Assembly (NCBI GenBank): GCA_039930765.1
Contig: JBDTTF010000285.1
Coordinates: 69,185 to 133,184, forward strand
Origin: Gemmatimonadota bacterium
Lineage (GTDB): Bacteria > Gemmatimonadota > Gemmatimonadetes > Gemmatimonadales > GWC2-71-9
Direction of reading: 5' to 3'
Length of the DNA: 64,000 bases
Below the pieces are notes generated by a model, which worked only from the letters and a program-made list of their open reading frames with translations, was not told the DNA's origin and made no database searches. The translations under genes and the position numbers were made by a program. Below are positions 12,103-22,489 of the stretch, piece after piece. Position 1 is the stretch's first letter, and each line of letters opens with the position of its first letter.

Positions 12103-13443
12103 ATGCGCCGACTGTCCGGGGTCCTGATCGCGGGGTTGGCCGTCGCCATGCGGCCTGGCATTGCCGCCGGCCAGGATCAACCCTGCAAGTTCCAGATCGG
12201 CCATGTCGACCGGACCGGTTCGCAGGTGACGGCCTCGCCTGGGGTGGTCAACTATTTCGCCGGCGGCGATGTGTTCCTGTACTGCCAGGGCACCACGACC
12301 TCGATGCGCAGCGACAGTGTGGCCTCGTACGGCGCCACCCGCACGGTCGAGTTTGTCGGCCACGTGGTGTACACCGACACCGGGTCGATCGTGATGAAGG
12401 CTGATCGCGGCACCTACTACCGCGACGGCGATCGCTGGGAAGCCCGGGGCAACGTGCAGACCCAGACCATCAAGAGCGGCAGCACCATGACCGGGCCCTC
12501 ACTCGACTATTTCCGGGCTCTCAAGGGAGTGCGCGACACGGCGGAGCTCTACGCCGTGGCACGGCCCACCATTCACTTTGTGCCCAGGGACAGTGCCGGC
12601 GGCAGCGGCAAGCAGGAGCCGTACATCATCGTGGCCGATCGGCTCCGGATGAAGGGGGAAGACCGGGTCTGGGCCGGCGGAAAGGTCACCATCGACCGCA
12701 GTGATTTTGCCGCCCGCAGTGATTCGCTGCGACTCGACACCGGCGCCGGCAGCGATGGCACCCTGCTCGGCTCGCCGATCCTGCGCGGGCTCGGCAAGGA
12801 TTCGTTCAACCTGACCGGGGTGCGGATCGACCTGCGGTTCCTCAATCGGGCACTCGACTATCTCACCGCCAAGGGCAAGGGCCACGCCGTGAGCGCCAAC
12901 CTCGATCTCAAGGCGGACACCATCGGCCTCGACCTTGAGAAGGACAAACTGGTCCAGACCCTGGCCTGGGGAGATTCGCTGCGGCCCGACGCGCTGTCGG
13001 CCGATTACCGGCTGCGCGGCGACTCCATGGCGTTCGATACGCCGGGTGAGCATCTCACCGAGACCCGCGCCTTTGGCAATGCCTGGGCGGGCGGCCGGCC
13101 GGACACCACCGAGGACGGCCGGGATCAGCTCTGGGGCGATACCCTGATCGCGCGATTTGCCACTGAAGATTCGGCGGGCAGCCAGCGCACCGCCGTGCAC
13201 CAGCTGGAATCGCGCACCAATGCCCGGTCGTTCTACCGGCTGCCGGACAGCAAGAAGCAGGTTCGCCCTTCGATAAGCTATGTGCGGGGTGATCACATCC
13301 TGATCACCATGAAGAAGCAGGTCGAAGGGGTGGCGCGGGTGGACGTCCGTGGCCAGGTCGAAGGGGTCCAGCTCGAGCCGGTCGAGGTCAAGCGCGATTC
13401 CACCGCGGCCGACAGCACCGCCAAACCGAAGGAGTCACGGTGA
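12103..13443 (+). CDS. lptA: LptA/OstA-family periplasmic protein, unusually long (446 aa)
   Basis: Signal peptide [24 protein letters not shown]. Repeated OstA_N-like beta-strand segments; synteny lptC-lptA-lptB. Confidence 0.65.
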   Translation: MRRLSGVLIAGLAVAMRPGIAAGQDQPCKFQIGHVDRTGSQVTASPGVVNYFAGGDVFLYCQGTTTSMRSDSVASYGATRTVEFVGHVVYTDTGSIVMKADRGTYYRDGDRWEARGNVQTQTIKSGSTMTGPSLDYFRALKGVRDTAELYAVARPTIHFVPRDSAGGSGKQEPYIIVADRLRMKGEDRVWAGGKVTIDRSDFAARSDSLRLDTGAGSDGTLLGSPILRGLGKDSFNLTGVRIDLRFLNRALDYLTAKGKGHAVSANLDLKADTIGLDLEKDKLVQTLAWGDSLRPDALSADYRLRGDSMAFDTPGEHLTETRAFGNAWAGGRPDTTEDGRDQLWGDTLIARFATEDSAGSQRTAVHQLESRTNARSFYRLPDSKKQVRPSISYVRGDHILITMKKQVEGVARVDVRGQVEGVQLEPVEVKRDSTAADSTAKPKESR

Positions 13444-14618
13444 GCGGCGAGTGGCTGGCCACCCTGTCGCCACGGGATCCCTCAATCCCGCTGGCGCTGG
13501 CGGCGCTGGTGCGTGATGCTTCCAGGGACGGTACCCTGGCCATTGCCGATCTCATCATGGGGTACCGCGAAGCATTTCTGGTGGCCCATCGCGAGATCTT
13601 CGGCGGGTCCGATCCCGAGCTCAGCGGCGACCAGGTCAGGGAAAACCTGCTGAATTCGCTGCTACCCAGGCTGGCCGATGAAGGGTGGATTGCCCCGGGG
13701 GCAGCCAGCGGCTGGGCGGTGGTGCAGGCCACGCCCCGGTGGTGGACCGATGCGGTCGAGCACCGGGCCGAGATTCGGGCCCGGCTGCGGAAGCTGGCGG
13801 AGCAGGGCTTTCGGCTGCCGGAGCAGGAGGCCGGTCCGGCTGGTCCAGGGCGGGTGGCGCCATCCGGCAGCGTGCTCGAAGGCACCGGCCTGATGAAGAG
13901 TTTCCGCCGCCGCACGGTGGTCAACGATGTCAGTGTCCGGGTTCAGCAGGGCGAAATCGTCGGGCTGCTGGGCCCGAACGGAGCCGGCAAGACCACGACT
14001 TTCTACCTGATTACCGGCCTGATCCAGCCCGACGGCGGCCAGGTCAGGCTCGATGACCGCGACCTGACCAAGGCACCGATGTACAAGCGGGCCCGGGCCG
14101 GGATCGGATACCTGGCCCAGGAGCCGTCGGTGTTCCGTCGGCTCACCGTTGAAGAGAACATCCTGGCCATCCTTGAAATGCTGCCGATTGGCCGGGACGA
14201 ACGCCGCCGCCGCCTGGAACAGCTGCTGGACGAGCTCTCGCTCAAGCACCTCCGGAAGAACCGGGCCTACTCGCTCTCCGGCGGCGAGCGGCGGCGGCTC
14301 GAGATCACCCGGGCGCTGGTCACCAGCCCCAAGTTCATGCTGCTGGACGAGCCGTTCGCCGGCGTCGACCCGATCGCGGTCCACGACATCCAGACCATCG
14401 TGGCCGGGCTGCGCCACCGCGGCATCGGCGTCCTGATCACCGACCACAACGTCGAGCAGACCCTGGATATCGTCGACCGGGCCTACATCATGTTCGAAGG
14501 ACGAGTCCAGGTTTCCGGGCCGGTCCGTGACCTGGTCTTCGATGACCGGGTCGCCGAACTGTACCTCGGCCCGACCCTCGCCGCCCGGCTCCGTGCCAGG
14601 CTGGAAGCGGTCGCATGA
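13440..14618 (+). CDS. lptB: LPS export ABC transporter ATP-binding protein LptB with ~140-aa N-terminal extension
   Basis: C-terminal 245 aa are canonical LptB ([42 protein letters not shown]). The GTG start overlaps the lptA stop (GTGA). The in-frame upstream 140 codons have high GC3. Confidence 0.85.
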   Translation: MSGEWLATLSPRDPSIPLALAALVRDASRDGTLAIADLIMGYREAFLVAHREIFGGSDPELSGDQVRENLLNSLLPRLADEGWIAPGAASGWAVVQATPRWWTDAVEHRAEIRARLRKLAEQGFRLPEQEAGPAGPGRVAPSGSVLEGTGLMKSFRRRTVVNDVSVRVQQGEIVGLLGPNGAGKTTTFYLITGLIQPDGGQVRLDDRDLTKAPMYKRARAGIGYLAQEPSVFRRLTVEENILAILEMLPIGRDERRRRLEQLLDELSLKHLRKNRAYSLSGGERRRLEITRALVTSPKFMLLDEPFAGVDPIAVHDIQTIVAGLRHRGIGVLITDHNVEQTLDIVDRAYIMFEGRVQVSGPVRDLVFDDRVAELYLGPTLAARLRARLEAVA

Positions 14619-16078
14619 AGACCTCGCTGTCGCAGAACATTTCGCTCCGGCAGGATCTCCGGATCAACCCGCGGCTGTACCAGGCCATGGACATGCTGTA
14701 CATGCCCATGCTGGACCTGCAGCAGCATCTCAAGCAGGAGCTGCTCAGCAATCCCTTCCTGGAACTGGTTGAGCCGGAAGAAGAGGATGCCCAGGTCGAG
14801 TCGACCCAGGACCAGAAGGAACGGGAAAAGGAAGCCACCGAAAAGAAGGAGGAAACCGACTGGGAGGAGATCCTGCTGAACGGTTTCGAGGTCCCCGGCG
14901 GGGCCCGCGAGGAATTCGAGTCGAAGGAGTACATCGAACCGGTCACGGTCGAGCGGCAGGGACTCGACGATTATCTGCGCGAACAGCTCACCATGCTCGA
15001 CCTCACCCCGCGCCAGATGCTGCTGGCTGAAGAATTCATCGGCAACATCAAGGAAGACGGCTACCTGGCCGCCAACCTCGAGGAGCTGCTTGGCTCGGCC
15101 AATGAGCTGGTGGCCGAGCATGCGGAACAGCAGGACATCACCGAGAACATCCCGTTTTTCAGCATGGCGGAAGTCGAAGAGATGCTGCAGGTCATGCAGC
15201 GGCTCGATCCCGCCGGCATTGCGGCCCGTGACCTCCGCGAGTGCCTGCTGCTCCAGATGAAGGAGCTCGGCGACACCGATAGCCTGACCTACCGGCTGGT
15301 CAGCGACGCCTTTCAGGACCTCATTGCCCACCGATGGAATGAACTGGGCCGCCGGTTCGGCGTCGAGCCGCAGAAGGTCCAGGAGGCGGCGGACCAGCTG
15401 GCCCGCTACGATCCCAAGCCGGGCCTCAAGCATTCGATCCAGGGCGAGGGTTACATCACGCCCGATCTGGTGGTCGACAAGATCGACGGGCGATACCTGG
15501 TGTTCCTGAACGACACCGGGATGCCCCGGCTCCGGATCAGCAAGAGCTACCAGGACCTGGCCCGCGATCGCAAGCGGTTCACCACCGAGCAGCGGGACTT
15601 CATCGCCACCCGGATGAACAGCGCCAACTGGCTGGTCCAGGCCATCGAACAGCGCCGCCAGACCATGCTCAAGGTGATGAACTTCATCGTCGACCGGCAA
15701 CGGGATTTCTTCGAGAAGGGGATCGAGTACCTGAAGCCGCTGACTCTTCGGGAAGTCGCCGAAGTCATCAGCATGCACGAGTCGACCGTCAGTCGGGTGA
15801 CCAACGAGAAATACGTTCAGACCCCACGCGGCGTGCTGCCGCTCAAGTTCTTCTTCTCGAGTGCCCTGTCGACGTCGAGCGGCGAAGATGCCAGCGCCCG
15901 GTCGATCCGCGCCAAGCTGGAAAAGATGGTGGCCGAGGAATCACCGGCGGCTCCAATCACCGACCAGCAGATTGTGCAATTGTTCAAGGAGCAGGGCATC
16001 CAGATCGCCCGCCGCACTGTCGCCAAGTACCGGGACCAGCTTGGCATCCTGTCGGCCCGGATGCGCAAGCGGGTATGA
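14615..16078 (+). CDS. rpoN: RNA polymerase sigma-54 factor
   Basis: N-terminal [24 protein letters not shown] region I; C-terminal RpoN box ARRTVAKYR. The start overlaps the lptB stop. Confidence 0.95.
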   Translation: MKTSLSQNISLRQDLRINPRLYQAMDMLYMPMLDLQQHLKQELLSNPFLELVEPEEEDAQVESTQDQKEREKEATEKKEETDWEEILLNGFEVPGGAREEFESKEYIEPVTVERQGLDDYLREQLTMLDLTPRQMLLAEEFIGNIKEDGYLAANLEELLGSANELVAEHAEQQDITENIPFFSMAEVEEMLQVMQRLDPAGIAARDLRECLLLQMKELGDTDSLTYRLVSDAFQDLIAHRWNELGRRFGVEPQKVQEAADQLARYDPKPGLKHSIQGEGYITPDLVVDKIDGRYLVFLNDTGMPRLRISKSYQDLARDRKRFTTEQRDFIATRMNSANWLVQAIEQRRQTMLKVMNFIVDRQRDFFEKGIEYLKPLTLREVAEVISMHESTVSRVTNEKYVQTPRGVLPLKFFFSSALSTSSGEDASARSIRAKLEKMVAEESPAAPITDQQIVQLFKEQGIQIARRTVAKYRDQLGILSARMRKRV

Positions 16079-17013
16079 GTCGGCCGCCGGTGGCGCCTCA
16101 CCTCGATGTCAGCATCCTGGTTCCGGCCAAGGATGAAGCCGAAAACCTGCCCGAGTTTCTCCGGCTCTGCCAGGAGTCGCTGGCCAGGGCGTCGTTCAGC
16201 TTCGAGGTCGTGGTGGTCAACGATGGCTCCCGGGACGCCACGGCCCAGGTGCTGGAGGAACTGAGCGCCAGCTATCCGTTTCTGCAGGTCGTCACCCATC
16301 GGCGCCAGCGCGGCATCGCCGATGCGCTCCGGTCAGCCGGAGACGCCGCCCGCGGCGACATCTTCGTCTTCTATCCCGCCGACCTGCAGTACCTGCCCGA
16401 GGATATTCCTGCGCTGGTCGCACCGATTCTGGCCGATGAAGCCGACATCGTCACCGGCACCAAGCAGGGCAAGTACGAAAAGGCCTTTGTCTCCGGGGTC
16501 TACAATACGCTGTGCCGCGTGCTGTTCGGAGTGGAGGCCACCGATCTCAACTCGGTCAAGGCCTATCGACGCGAGATCATGCTCGGCGTGCCGCTCAGGC
16601 CCGACTGGCATCGCTACATGGTCGTGATTGCCGTGGCCGATGGCTTCCGGCTTGCCTCCCGGCCGGTCCCGCTGTATCCGAGGCGAGCGGGCGTGTCGAA
16701 GTTCACCTGGCGCCGGATTCCCGGCGGGGTGCTCGACCTGGTTTCGGTCTGGTTCCAGCTCCGATTCGGACGCAAGCCGATGCTCTTCTTCGGGATGGCC
16801 GGAGCCATCCTGTTTGCCATCGGGCTGATCACCGGCGTCATCGCCCTGGTGCTGCGATTTGGCTTCGACTTCGGCTTCCGGCCTTTTCTCAACCTGGTCG
16901 AGACGATGGTCATCAGCGGCATTGCGCTGTTCGGCTTCGGCTTCGTCGGGGAGATGATCGCGGGAATGCGCGAGGAGATGATCGAGCTGGCCCGGCAGAA
17001 CCGGAAGGATTGA
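16075..17013 (+). CDS. GT2 polyprenyl-phosphate sugar synthase (ArnC/GtrB/DPM1-like) with two C-terminal TM helices
   Basis: ILVPAKDEAENL...VVVNDGSRD...PADLQY (DxD-type GT-A motifs). C-terminal hydrophobic pair. ATGA overlap with the rpoN stop. Confidence 0.8.
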   Translation: MSRPPVAPHLDVSILVPAKDEAENLPEFLRLCQESLARASFSFEVVVVNDGSRDATAQVLEELSASYPFLQVVTHRRQRGIADALRSAGDAARGDIFVFYPADLQYLPEDIPALVAPILADEADIVTGTKQGKYEKAFVSGVYNTLCRVLFGVEATDLNSVKAYRREIMLGVPLRPDWHRYMVVIAVADGFRLASRPVPLYPRRAGVSKFTWRRIPGGVLDLVSVWFQLRFGRKPMLFFGMAGAILFAIGLITGVIALVLRFGFDFGFRPFLNLVETMVISGIALFGFGFVGEMIAGMREEMIELARQNRKD

Positions 17014-17124
17014 CGGGCACTACCCGGGTGGGGGTGGCGCCCCCCGAATGCCAGACCTGGTCTCGAACGAACGGCTGGGTCGATTTCGTGAACTAATGGC
17101 TGGACTGCGGATCGGCGGCCTCGC

Positions 17125-18171
17125 TCAGTCGCGGACCAGCCGGATGCCGTAGCGGCCGAGAAAACTGTGCAGCTCCTCAGTCAGTGGATTGCCCCCGCGC
17201 GAACGACTCTTGCCCCCCAGGTCGAGCCAGTGGACTCCGGCATTTCGCAGTCCCAATATCTGGGAAGCATCCAGCGCGGATTCGGTCAGCAGGGTATCGC
17301 CCCGCCGGATGTCTCCTGGAACACTCCCCTCCGGTCCGATCCACGCCAGCCGCCATTCCGCGCCGCCTCGGCGGTACGATCGGTACGGCGCCGACCGGTC
17401 GATACTCACTCCATCGTATTCCACGTAACGCTCGAACTCCGACATCATATCCCGGATCTTGGTCGCGCGCTTTTCGGGTGCCAGCGGCTGCGGCCAGTTT
17501 TCCCGGATGACCTTGGCCGGTGATCCGACCGCGAGACTGTTGGGCGGGATCGTGCCCTGGACCAGCGAATTGGCCCCGATGACCGAGCCGTCGCCGATTG
17601 TGGTGCCCGGCATCACGAAGATCCGCCAGGGCAGCCAGACGCTGTTGCCCAGCGTCACGTCCTGGTAGGTCACCGGAAATCCATCCAGCACGTTGAGCCA
17701 TGCGCTGTGGGTAAAGATCAGGCAATGGCCCCCGATGCCGGTGTCATTGCCGATGACCACCGGCTTGGTCGGGTTGATGAAGGCCATCTGCAGCACGATG
17801 GTCCGGTCGCCGAGGGCAAAGCGCGATTCCGGCAGCTGTGGCCCGCCGACATACACCTGTTCCCGGATCCGGGCATCCTCACCGATCTCGATCCGTTCAC
17901 ACGCCACATAACTCATGGTGCCGACGCTGGAATGCCGTCCGATCGAGATGTGGCGCCCTGAGACAACCGCCAGGAACCCGATCTCCACCGAATCGCCAAG
18001 CGAGACTTCCTGACCGACGACCACCCCGCCGAACGCGATCTTGACTCCCCGCCCGATCTTGTAGCCCAGCCCCACCCGGTAGGTCAGTACCTTGAGCCAG
18101 CTCGGCATCCACCCGAACATCAGCAGGTGGCCCCACGGGACCCGCTTCTTGCGAACCAGCATTTCAGACAT
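17125..18171 (-). CDS. Hexapeptide-repeat (left-handed beta-helix) acyl/acetyltransferase with extra C-terminal domain
   Basis: Repeated [LIV]G-x4 hexapeptides (IGDGSVIGANSLV, IGNDTGIGGHCLI); 348 aa. The only minus-strand gene in the glycan cluster. Confidence 0.75.
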   Translation of the reverse strand: MSEMLVRKKRVPWGHLLMFGWMPSWLKVLTYRVGLGYKIGRGVKIAFGGVVVGQEVSLGDSVEIGFLAVVSGRHISIGRHSSVGTMSYVACERIEIGEDARIREQVYVGGPQLPESRFALGDRTIVLQMAFINPTKPVVIGNDTGIGGHCLIFTHSAWLNVLDGFPVTYQDVTLGNSVWLPWRIFVMPGTTIGDGSVIGANSLVQGTIPPNSLAVGSPAKVIRENWPQPLAPEKRATKIRDMMSEFERYVEYDGVSIDRSAPYRSYRRGGAEWRLAWIGPEGSVPGDIRRGDTLLTESALDASQILGLRNAGVHWLDLGGKSRSRGGNPLTEELHSFLGRYGIRLVRD

Positions 18172-18352
18172 GATGGGGACCGGGATCGGGAGGCGCCGCG
18201 AGTCTAGGGCAGGGCGGCAGGACGGAGTAGATTACCGGGGACACGCGAGCAGCGTCAAGCGGCGTAACTTTTCCGGGACCTCACTTCTGATCCAGCTTCC
18301 TTCCAGAGAAGCGAGCGGCACCCCGCGCCAGCGCTTCGGCCTCGAACGGCTG

Positions 18353-19735
18353 GTGGATTTCTCCCGCCTTCTGCCGGCCTCTCCCTCCCTTGCAGGCATC
18401 GTTCGACTCGGTCTCGATCCTCGGGCACCGGCGCCTGATCTCGCCGCGCTGGGACGAGGCGCGGCCGGCTGGGCCGAATCCGGGGACACCATTACAGTGT
18501 CTCCGGCATTTCTCGACCTGGTGACTGACATCGTCTCGGCCGACTCCGAGCAGCGCTCCGATCTGCGGGATCGGCACGACCGGGTGCCGCCCCAGGCAAA
18601 TGCCCTGGTGCGCGCTGGTGGCGAGCGCGGACTCGTACTGCAGTCGATCGCCGGGCGATTGCGGGAAGCCGTCGTCCGCCTGGCGGATGGAAAACCGGTT
18701 CGACTGCTGGCGCCCTGGCCGGCAGATCACCGCTGGGCGGTCGGGTTGTCCCACGATCTGGACGTCGTCGCCCTCTGGCCGCTGTTCACGGGGCTGCGCC
18801 TTGCCGAGCTGATGCGTCACGGCGCCTTGGCACAGGCTGGGCGTACCTTGGTCGCGGGGCTGGGTGCCGCCTTCAGCGATCCGGTCAGCGGCGCTGTGGC
18901 CGGGCTGCTCGGCCAGGAATTCGCGGCCCAGGTGCGGTCCACCTGGTTTGTCCTCTGTGGCACACCCACCCTCTCGACGTTTCGCGACGGAGACCTGACC
19001 TACAGCCCCGAGAGCGCCCGTGCCCGGGCCATTTTCGAGCGACTGGCCGCTGCCGGCCATGAGATCGGACTGCACGGCAGCTTTGAGACCAGTCGCCGTC
19101 CCGCCGCATTTTCCGAGCAGCGCGCCCGTCTGGCCCGGCTCACCGGTTCCAGTGCTTCCGGCGTTCGTCAGCATTTCGTCAGGCTGCGCCCGGGTACCAC
19201 CCATGTCAGCATGGCCGAAGCCGGATTTCAGTACGACGCCAGCATGGGTTTCTCCGACCGCAACGGATTCCGGCTTGGGGTCGCGGACGTGGTGCCTGGC
19301 TGGAGTGCAGAGAGGCAAGCGGTTGCTGGTCCCGATCTTTTGCCATTCGCCTGGATGGACCGGGCCCTCAGCAAATACCGCGGAGTGGAAGATCCGGCCG
19401 TGTGGGTCGCCGACGGGCTCGAACTGGCTGACCACGCCCGAGCCGTCGAAGGGCTGTGGGCCGGGATCTGGCATCCCAATCTCGTCCCCGCGCTCGGCTA
19501 TCCGGGTGCTCCGGAAGCCAACGCCGAACTGATGAAGCAACTGCGGCGCACCAATCCCTGGGTCGCGACCCATCGTGACCTGGTGACCTGGCGGCGGGCC
19601 AGGCGTTCCGCGATGGCGATGGCCATCGATGCCGAGGGCAGGGTATCCGCCGAATCGCGCGGGCCGGTCGTCGCGCCACTGGGACTGGAATCGCCGCTGG
19701 CCGAGCCGCGCGAGCCGGTGCTGGCCCGGGCATGA
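18353..19735 (+). CDS. Polysaccharide deacetylase (CE4/NodB; ArnD-like) family protein
   Basis: VGLSHDLDV and GHEIGLHGSFE metal-site-like motifs. Start is uncertain: GTG 18353 chosen, the ORF is open from 18092, and ATG 18170 would overlap the divergent gene's start codon. Confidence 0.65.
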   Translation: MDFSRLLPASPSLAGIVRLGLDPRAPAPDLAALGRGAAGWAESGDTITVSPAFLDLVTDIVSADSEQRSDLRDRHDRVPPQANALVRAGGERGLVLQSIAGRLREAVVRLADGKPVRLLAPWPADHRWAVGLSHDLDVVALWPLFTGLRLAELMRHGALAQAGRTLVAGLGAAFSDPVSGAVAGLLGQEFAAQVRSTWFVLCGTPTLSTFRDGDLTYSPESARARAIFERLAAAGHEIGLHGSFETSRRPAAFSEQRARLARLTGSSASGVRQHFVRLRPGTTHVSMAEAGFQYDASMGFSDRNGFRLGVADVVPGWSAERQAVAGPDLLPFAWMDRALSKYRGVEDPAVWVADGLELADHARAVEGLWAGIWHPNLVPALGYPGAPEANAELMKQLRRTNPWVATHRDLVTWRRARRSAMAMAIDAEGRVSAESRGPVVAPLGLESPLAEPREPVLARA

Positions 19736-20904
19736 GAGTGCTCTGCGTGGCTCACTCCTATCCCCGATTTGCCTCGGATCCTGTCGGCTCATTCGTGCTG
19801 CGACTCGCGGTGGCGCTCAAGGCCCAGGGGGTCGAGACCATGACGCTGGCGCCGGCGGCGGCAGGACTGTTGGCGGACGAATCCTACGAGGGAATTCCGG
19901 TCCATCGGTATCACTACGCGCCGCGCAGCTGGGAAACTCTCGCCTATACCGGCACCATGGCGGACCAGGTTCGGGGCGGATGGCGTGCCAAGGCGGCGCT
20001 ACTGGGACTTATCTGGTCCACCCGATCGGCGATCCGTACTGCCATTCATGATTTCAAGCCGGACGTGGTGCATGCCCACTGGTGGTTTCCCGGTGGCTTG
20101 TCCGCCACCTATGCCTTCGGTCCCGGTAGCCCCCCGCTGGTCGTGACATCACACGGCTCTGATCTGGTGGTCGCAGCTCGGACTGCCCTGGGCGCGCGAT
20201 TGTACCGGAGAGTGGCACGGCGGGCGGCCGTCTATACGGTGGTCTCTTCCTGGCTTGGCGAACAGGCAGCGGCACTGGCTCCCGGGCTCGCGCCAGTGGT
20301 GGCTCCAATGCCGGTGGCCGGTGCTCTGTTTCAGCCTGGCGGGACGCGGGCCCGCGATCAACTGTTGTTCGTCGGCAAGCTCAACCGGCAAAAGGGATTC
20401 AGCTTCCTGCTGCGGGCGCTGGCCGCCATGCACCACCGACCGATGGTGGATGTGGTGGTCGGGGTCGGTAGCGAGCGGCAGGAGGCGGAGGTCGAGGCCC
20501 GCGGGCTCGGGGTGGCGGATCAGCTCCGCTGGCATCCACTGCTCGAGCAGGGCGCCCTGGCCGATCTCTACCGCGGCTGCACGGCGCTGATCATGCCCGC
20601 GGTGGATGAAGGACTGGGCATGGTGGCAGCCGAAGCCATGCTTTGTGACATGCCGGTGATTGCCTTTGCATCGGGTGGCCTGACCGACGTCGTGGTCCCC
20701 GATCGGACCGGTTTCCTGGTGCCGGCAGGGGATGTGCCCGCCCTGGCCCAGTCGATCGACCGGTTGCTCGACCTCCCCGATCAGGGCGCCGAGTTGGGCA
20801 GGGCAGGGCGGGTGTCGGCGCTCGGCCGGTTCAGTCCGGAAGCTGCGGCCAGGGTCTATGCGGATCTGTATCGCGCGGCTTGTCCCGCCCCGCTTGCGGG
20901 GTGA
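19732..20904 (+). CDS. GT4 (GT-B) glycosyltransferase
   Basis: MRVLCVAHSYP N-terminus. C-terminal EGLGMVAAEAMLCDMPVIAFASGGLTDVV (E-x7-E region). Confidence 0.85.
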   Translation: MRVLCVAHSYPRFASDPVGSFVLRLAVALKAQGVETMTLAPAAAGLLADESYEGIPVHRYHYAPRSWETLAYTGTMADQVRGGWRAKAALLGLIWSTRSAIRTAIHDFKPDVVHAHWWFPGGLSATYAFGPGSPPLVVTSHGSDLVVAARTALGARLYRRVARRAAVYTVVSSWLGEQAAALAPGLAPVVAPMPVAGALFQPGGTRARDQLLFVGKLNRQKGFSFLLRALAAMHHRPMVDVVVGVGSERQEAEVEARGLGVADQLRWHPLLEQGALADLYRGCTALIMPAVDEGLGMVAAEAMLCDMPVIAFASGGLTDVVVPDRTGFLVPAGDVPALAQSIDRLLDLPDQGAELGRAGRVSALGRFSPEAAARVYADLYRAACPAPLAG

Positions 20905-20954
20905 TCTTTGGGCGTGCTGACCCACCCCTTCCCGCGCTCACCTTCCGCCCTGCG

Positions 20955-21572
20955 ATGAACGATCGAATAGCCCCGGCCTCCAAGGAACTCGAGGAGTTCT
21001 ATCGTGCCCGGTCGGCCTGGCGGAGCCGCGGCGAGGAGCGGATGCGGTTTGCCAGCGTCTCGGCGCTGGCCCGGATTCCGGCCGGTGCGGCGGTGCTCGA
21101 TATTGGCTGCCGCGATGGTGGGTTGCGGGCCTTCTTGCCTGCGGGCATCAAATACCAGGGTGTCGATATCACCCCGGAGTTCGCCGCGCCCGACATCCTG
21201 ATCCAGGACATATCGAAGGGGCTGCCGTTCGCCGACGGACAGTTCGATGCCGTCTTCGCCATCGAAGTCATCGAGCATGTCCCCAACCCGTTCGGTGCCC
21301 TTACCGAGATTTATCGGGTGCTTCGGCCAGGTGGGGTGCTGACACTTTCGGTGCCGAATCCGTTTCATCTCAAGGAACTGATCTGGAACCTGTTCCGGAT
21401 TCCGGATCATCAGGGACACATCTACGGCTGGACTCGCCAGAACATGACCAAGCTGGGAGAGATGAACGGGTTCCGGCTCGATGGAACCCGTGGCACCTAT
21501 TTTCATCCTCCGATTCCCATGCCGCTCCCTCTGCTGGCCCGATCGGTGATCTACCGCTTCGTCAAGCCTTGA
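20955..21572 (+). CDS. Class I SAM-dependent methyltransferase
   Basis: ATG 20955. VLDIGCRDG motif I, FDAVFAIEVIEHV, LRPGGVLTLSVPN. Confidence 0.8.
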   Translation: MNDRIAPASKELEEFYRARSAWRSRGEERMRFASVSALARIPAGAAVLDIGCRDGGLRAFLPAGIKYQGVDITPEFAAPDILIQDISKGLPFADGQFDAVFAIEVIEHVPNPFGALTEIYRVLRPGGVLTLSVPNPFHLKELIWNLFRIPDHQGHIYGWTRQNMTKLGEMNGFRLDGTRGTYFHPPIPMPLPLLARSVIYRFVKP

Positions 21573-22489
21573 CGGCACCGGCCCGGTCGCGCGCCACCTG
21601 GTGGTGGATCGCGCAGAGCGTCGTCCTGCTGGTCGTGGCGGCACTGGTCTGGCGCGCGCTCAGCCACAACTGGACCGAATTCCGCAGCGCACAGTTTGCC
21701 ATCGACCTTGAGCCGGCCTGGCTGGCCCTCTCGGTGGCGCTGGTTGGGCTCACCTACCTCGTGCTCATCGAATCGTGGCGCCGCCTTCTCACCGGATGGG
21801 GTCAGTCGCTGCGCCTGGGATCGGCGGCCCGGATCTGGTTCCTCTCCAATCTGGGCCGGTATGTTCCCGGCAAGGTGTGGAGTGTCGCGGGCATGGTGGT
21901 GCTGGCCCAGCGTGAAGGCGTGGAGCCCTGGGCGGCCACCGCGGCCGCCGTGGCGGTTCAGGCCATCGGAATCGGGACGGCGGTGGCCGTGGTGGCCACC
22001 GCCACACCGGGAGCGGAGTCGGCCGTGCGTCTGGCAATTGCGGCGGCACTGGCCCTCGGAACCATCGCCGTGCTGGCGTGGGAATTCACTACCCGTCAGA
22101 TCCGCCTCCGGGTACCACGGTTCGAGGAATTGCGACCCATTCCGCTGGCGGTCCTGCTGACCAGTACCGGACTCACCCTGCTGGGGTGGTTGCTGTATGG
22201 CGCTTCGTTCTGGGCGCTGGCCCGTGGACTGGGCATTCAGGCGCTGACGCTGCCGATTGCCGCGGCCACCTTTGCGCTGGGGTATATCCTCGGGCTGCTG
22301 GCGCTGTTCGCACCCGGTGGTGTCGGTGTCCGGGAGTTCACCCTGATCGCACTCCTGACCCCGGCGCTGGGTGCCGGCGCAGCCATAGGGCTGAGCGTGG
22401 CCTCCCGCCTCCAATTGACCCTCACGGAAGCCGCCGCCGGCGTGGCCGCCCTGATGGCCAGCCGTTCCACTCGAGGAGAGGTGCAGTGA
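21569..22489 (+). CDS. Flippase-like / lysylphosphatidylglycerol-synthase TM-domain family membrane protein
   Basis: 306-aa, ~8-TM protein. N-terminal WWWIAQSVVLLVVAALVW...FRSAQF pattern and GRYVPGKVW motif resemble UPF0104/LPG_synthase_TM. 4-bp overlaps on both sides. Confidence 0.6.
   Translation: MTAPARSRATWWWIAQSVVLLVVAALVWRALSHNWTEFRSAQFAIDLEPAWLALSVALVGLTYLVLIESWRRLLTGWGQSLRLGSAARIWFLSNLGRYVPGKVWSVAGMVVLAQREGVEPWAATAAAVAVQAIGIGTAVAVVATATPGAESAVRLAIAAALALGTIAVLAWEFTTRQIRLRVPRFEELRPIPLAVLLTSTGLTLLGWLLYGASFWALARGLGIQALTLPIAAATFALGYILGLLALFAPGGVGVREFTLIALLTPALGAGAAIGLSVASRLQLTLTEAAAGVAALMASRSTRGEVQ

Noticed and set aside
13855-13870. Internal GTG that would yield a normal-length LptB and leave 13440-13850 non-coding.
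   Set aside because: I did not adopt this as the primary model. The upstream 140 codons are in frame, stop-free, high in GC3 and begin with a coupled GTGA overlap. It is kept as the alternative in the LptB finding.
17030-17080. GC hairpin (GGGGG-n6-CCCCC) and a CTCGAAC motif resembling a tRNA T-loop, in the convergent gap after the GT2 gene.
   Set aside because: No acceptor or anticodon stems can be drawn, so it is not a tRNA. The hairpin lacks a U-tract, so I did not call a terminator.
18092-18352. Upstream extension of the deacetylase ORF, including ATG 18170, whose codon overlaps the divergent acyltransferase start codon (CAT 18169-18171).
   Set aside because: Interlocked divergent start codons would leave no promoter space. 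The translated extension is Arg/Ser-rich and unconserved-looking. The start remains uncertain.
22078-22485. Upstream 136 codons of the 925-aa ORF (YfhO-like).
   Set aside because: They overlap the flippase-like gene in another frame and translate to Pro/Arg/Gly-rich nonsense. GTG 22486 gives the GTGA-coupled start used elsewhere in the cluster.
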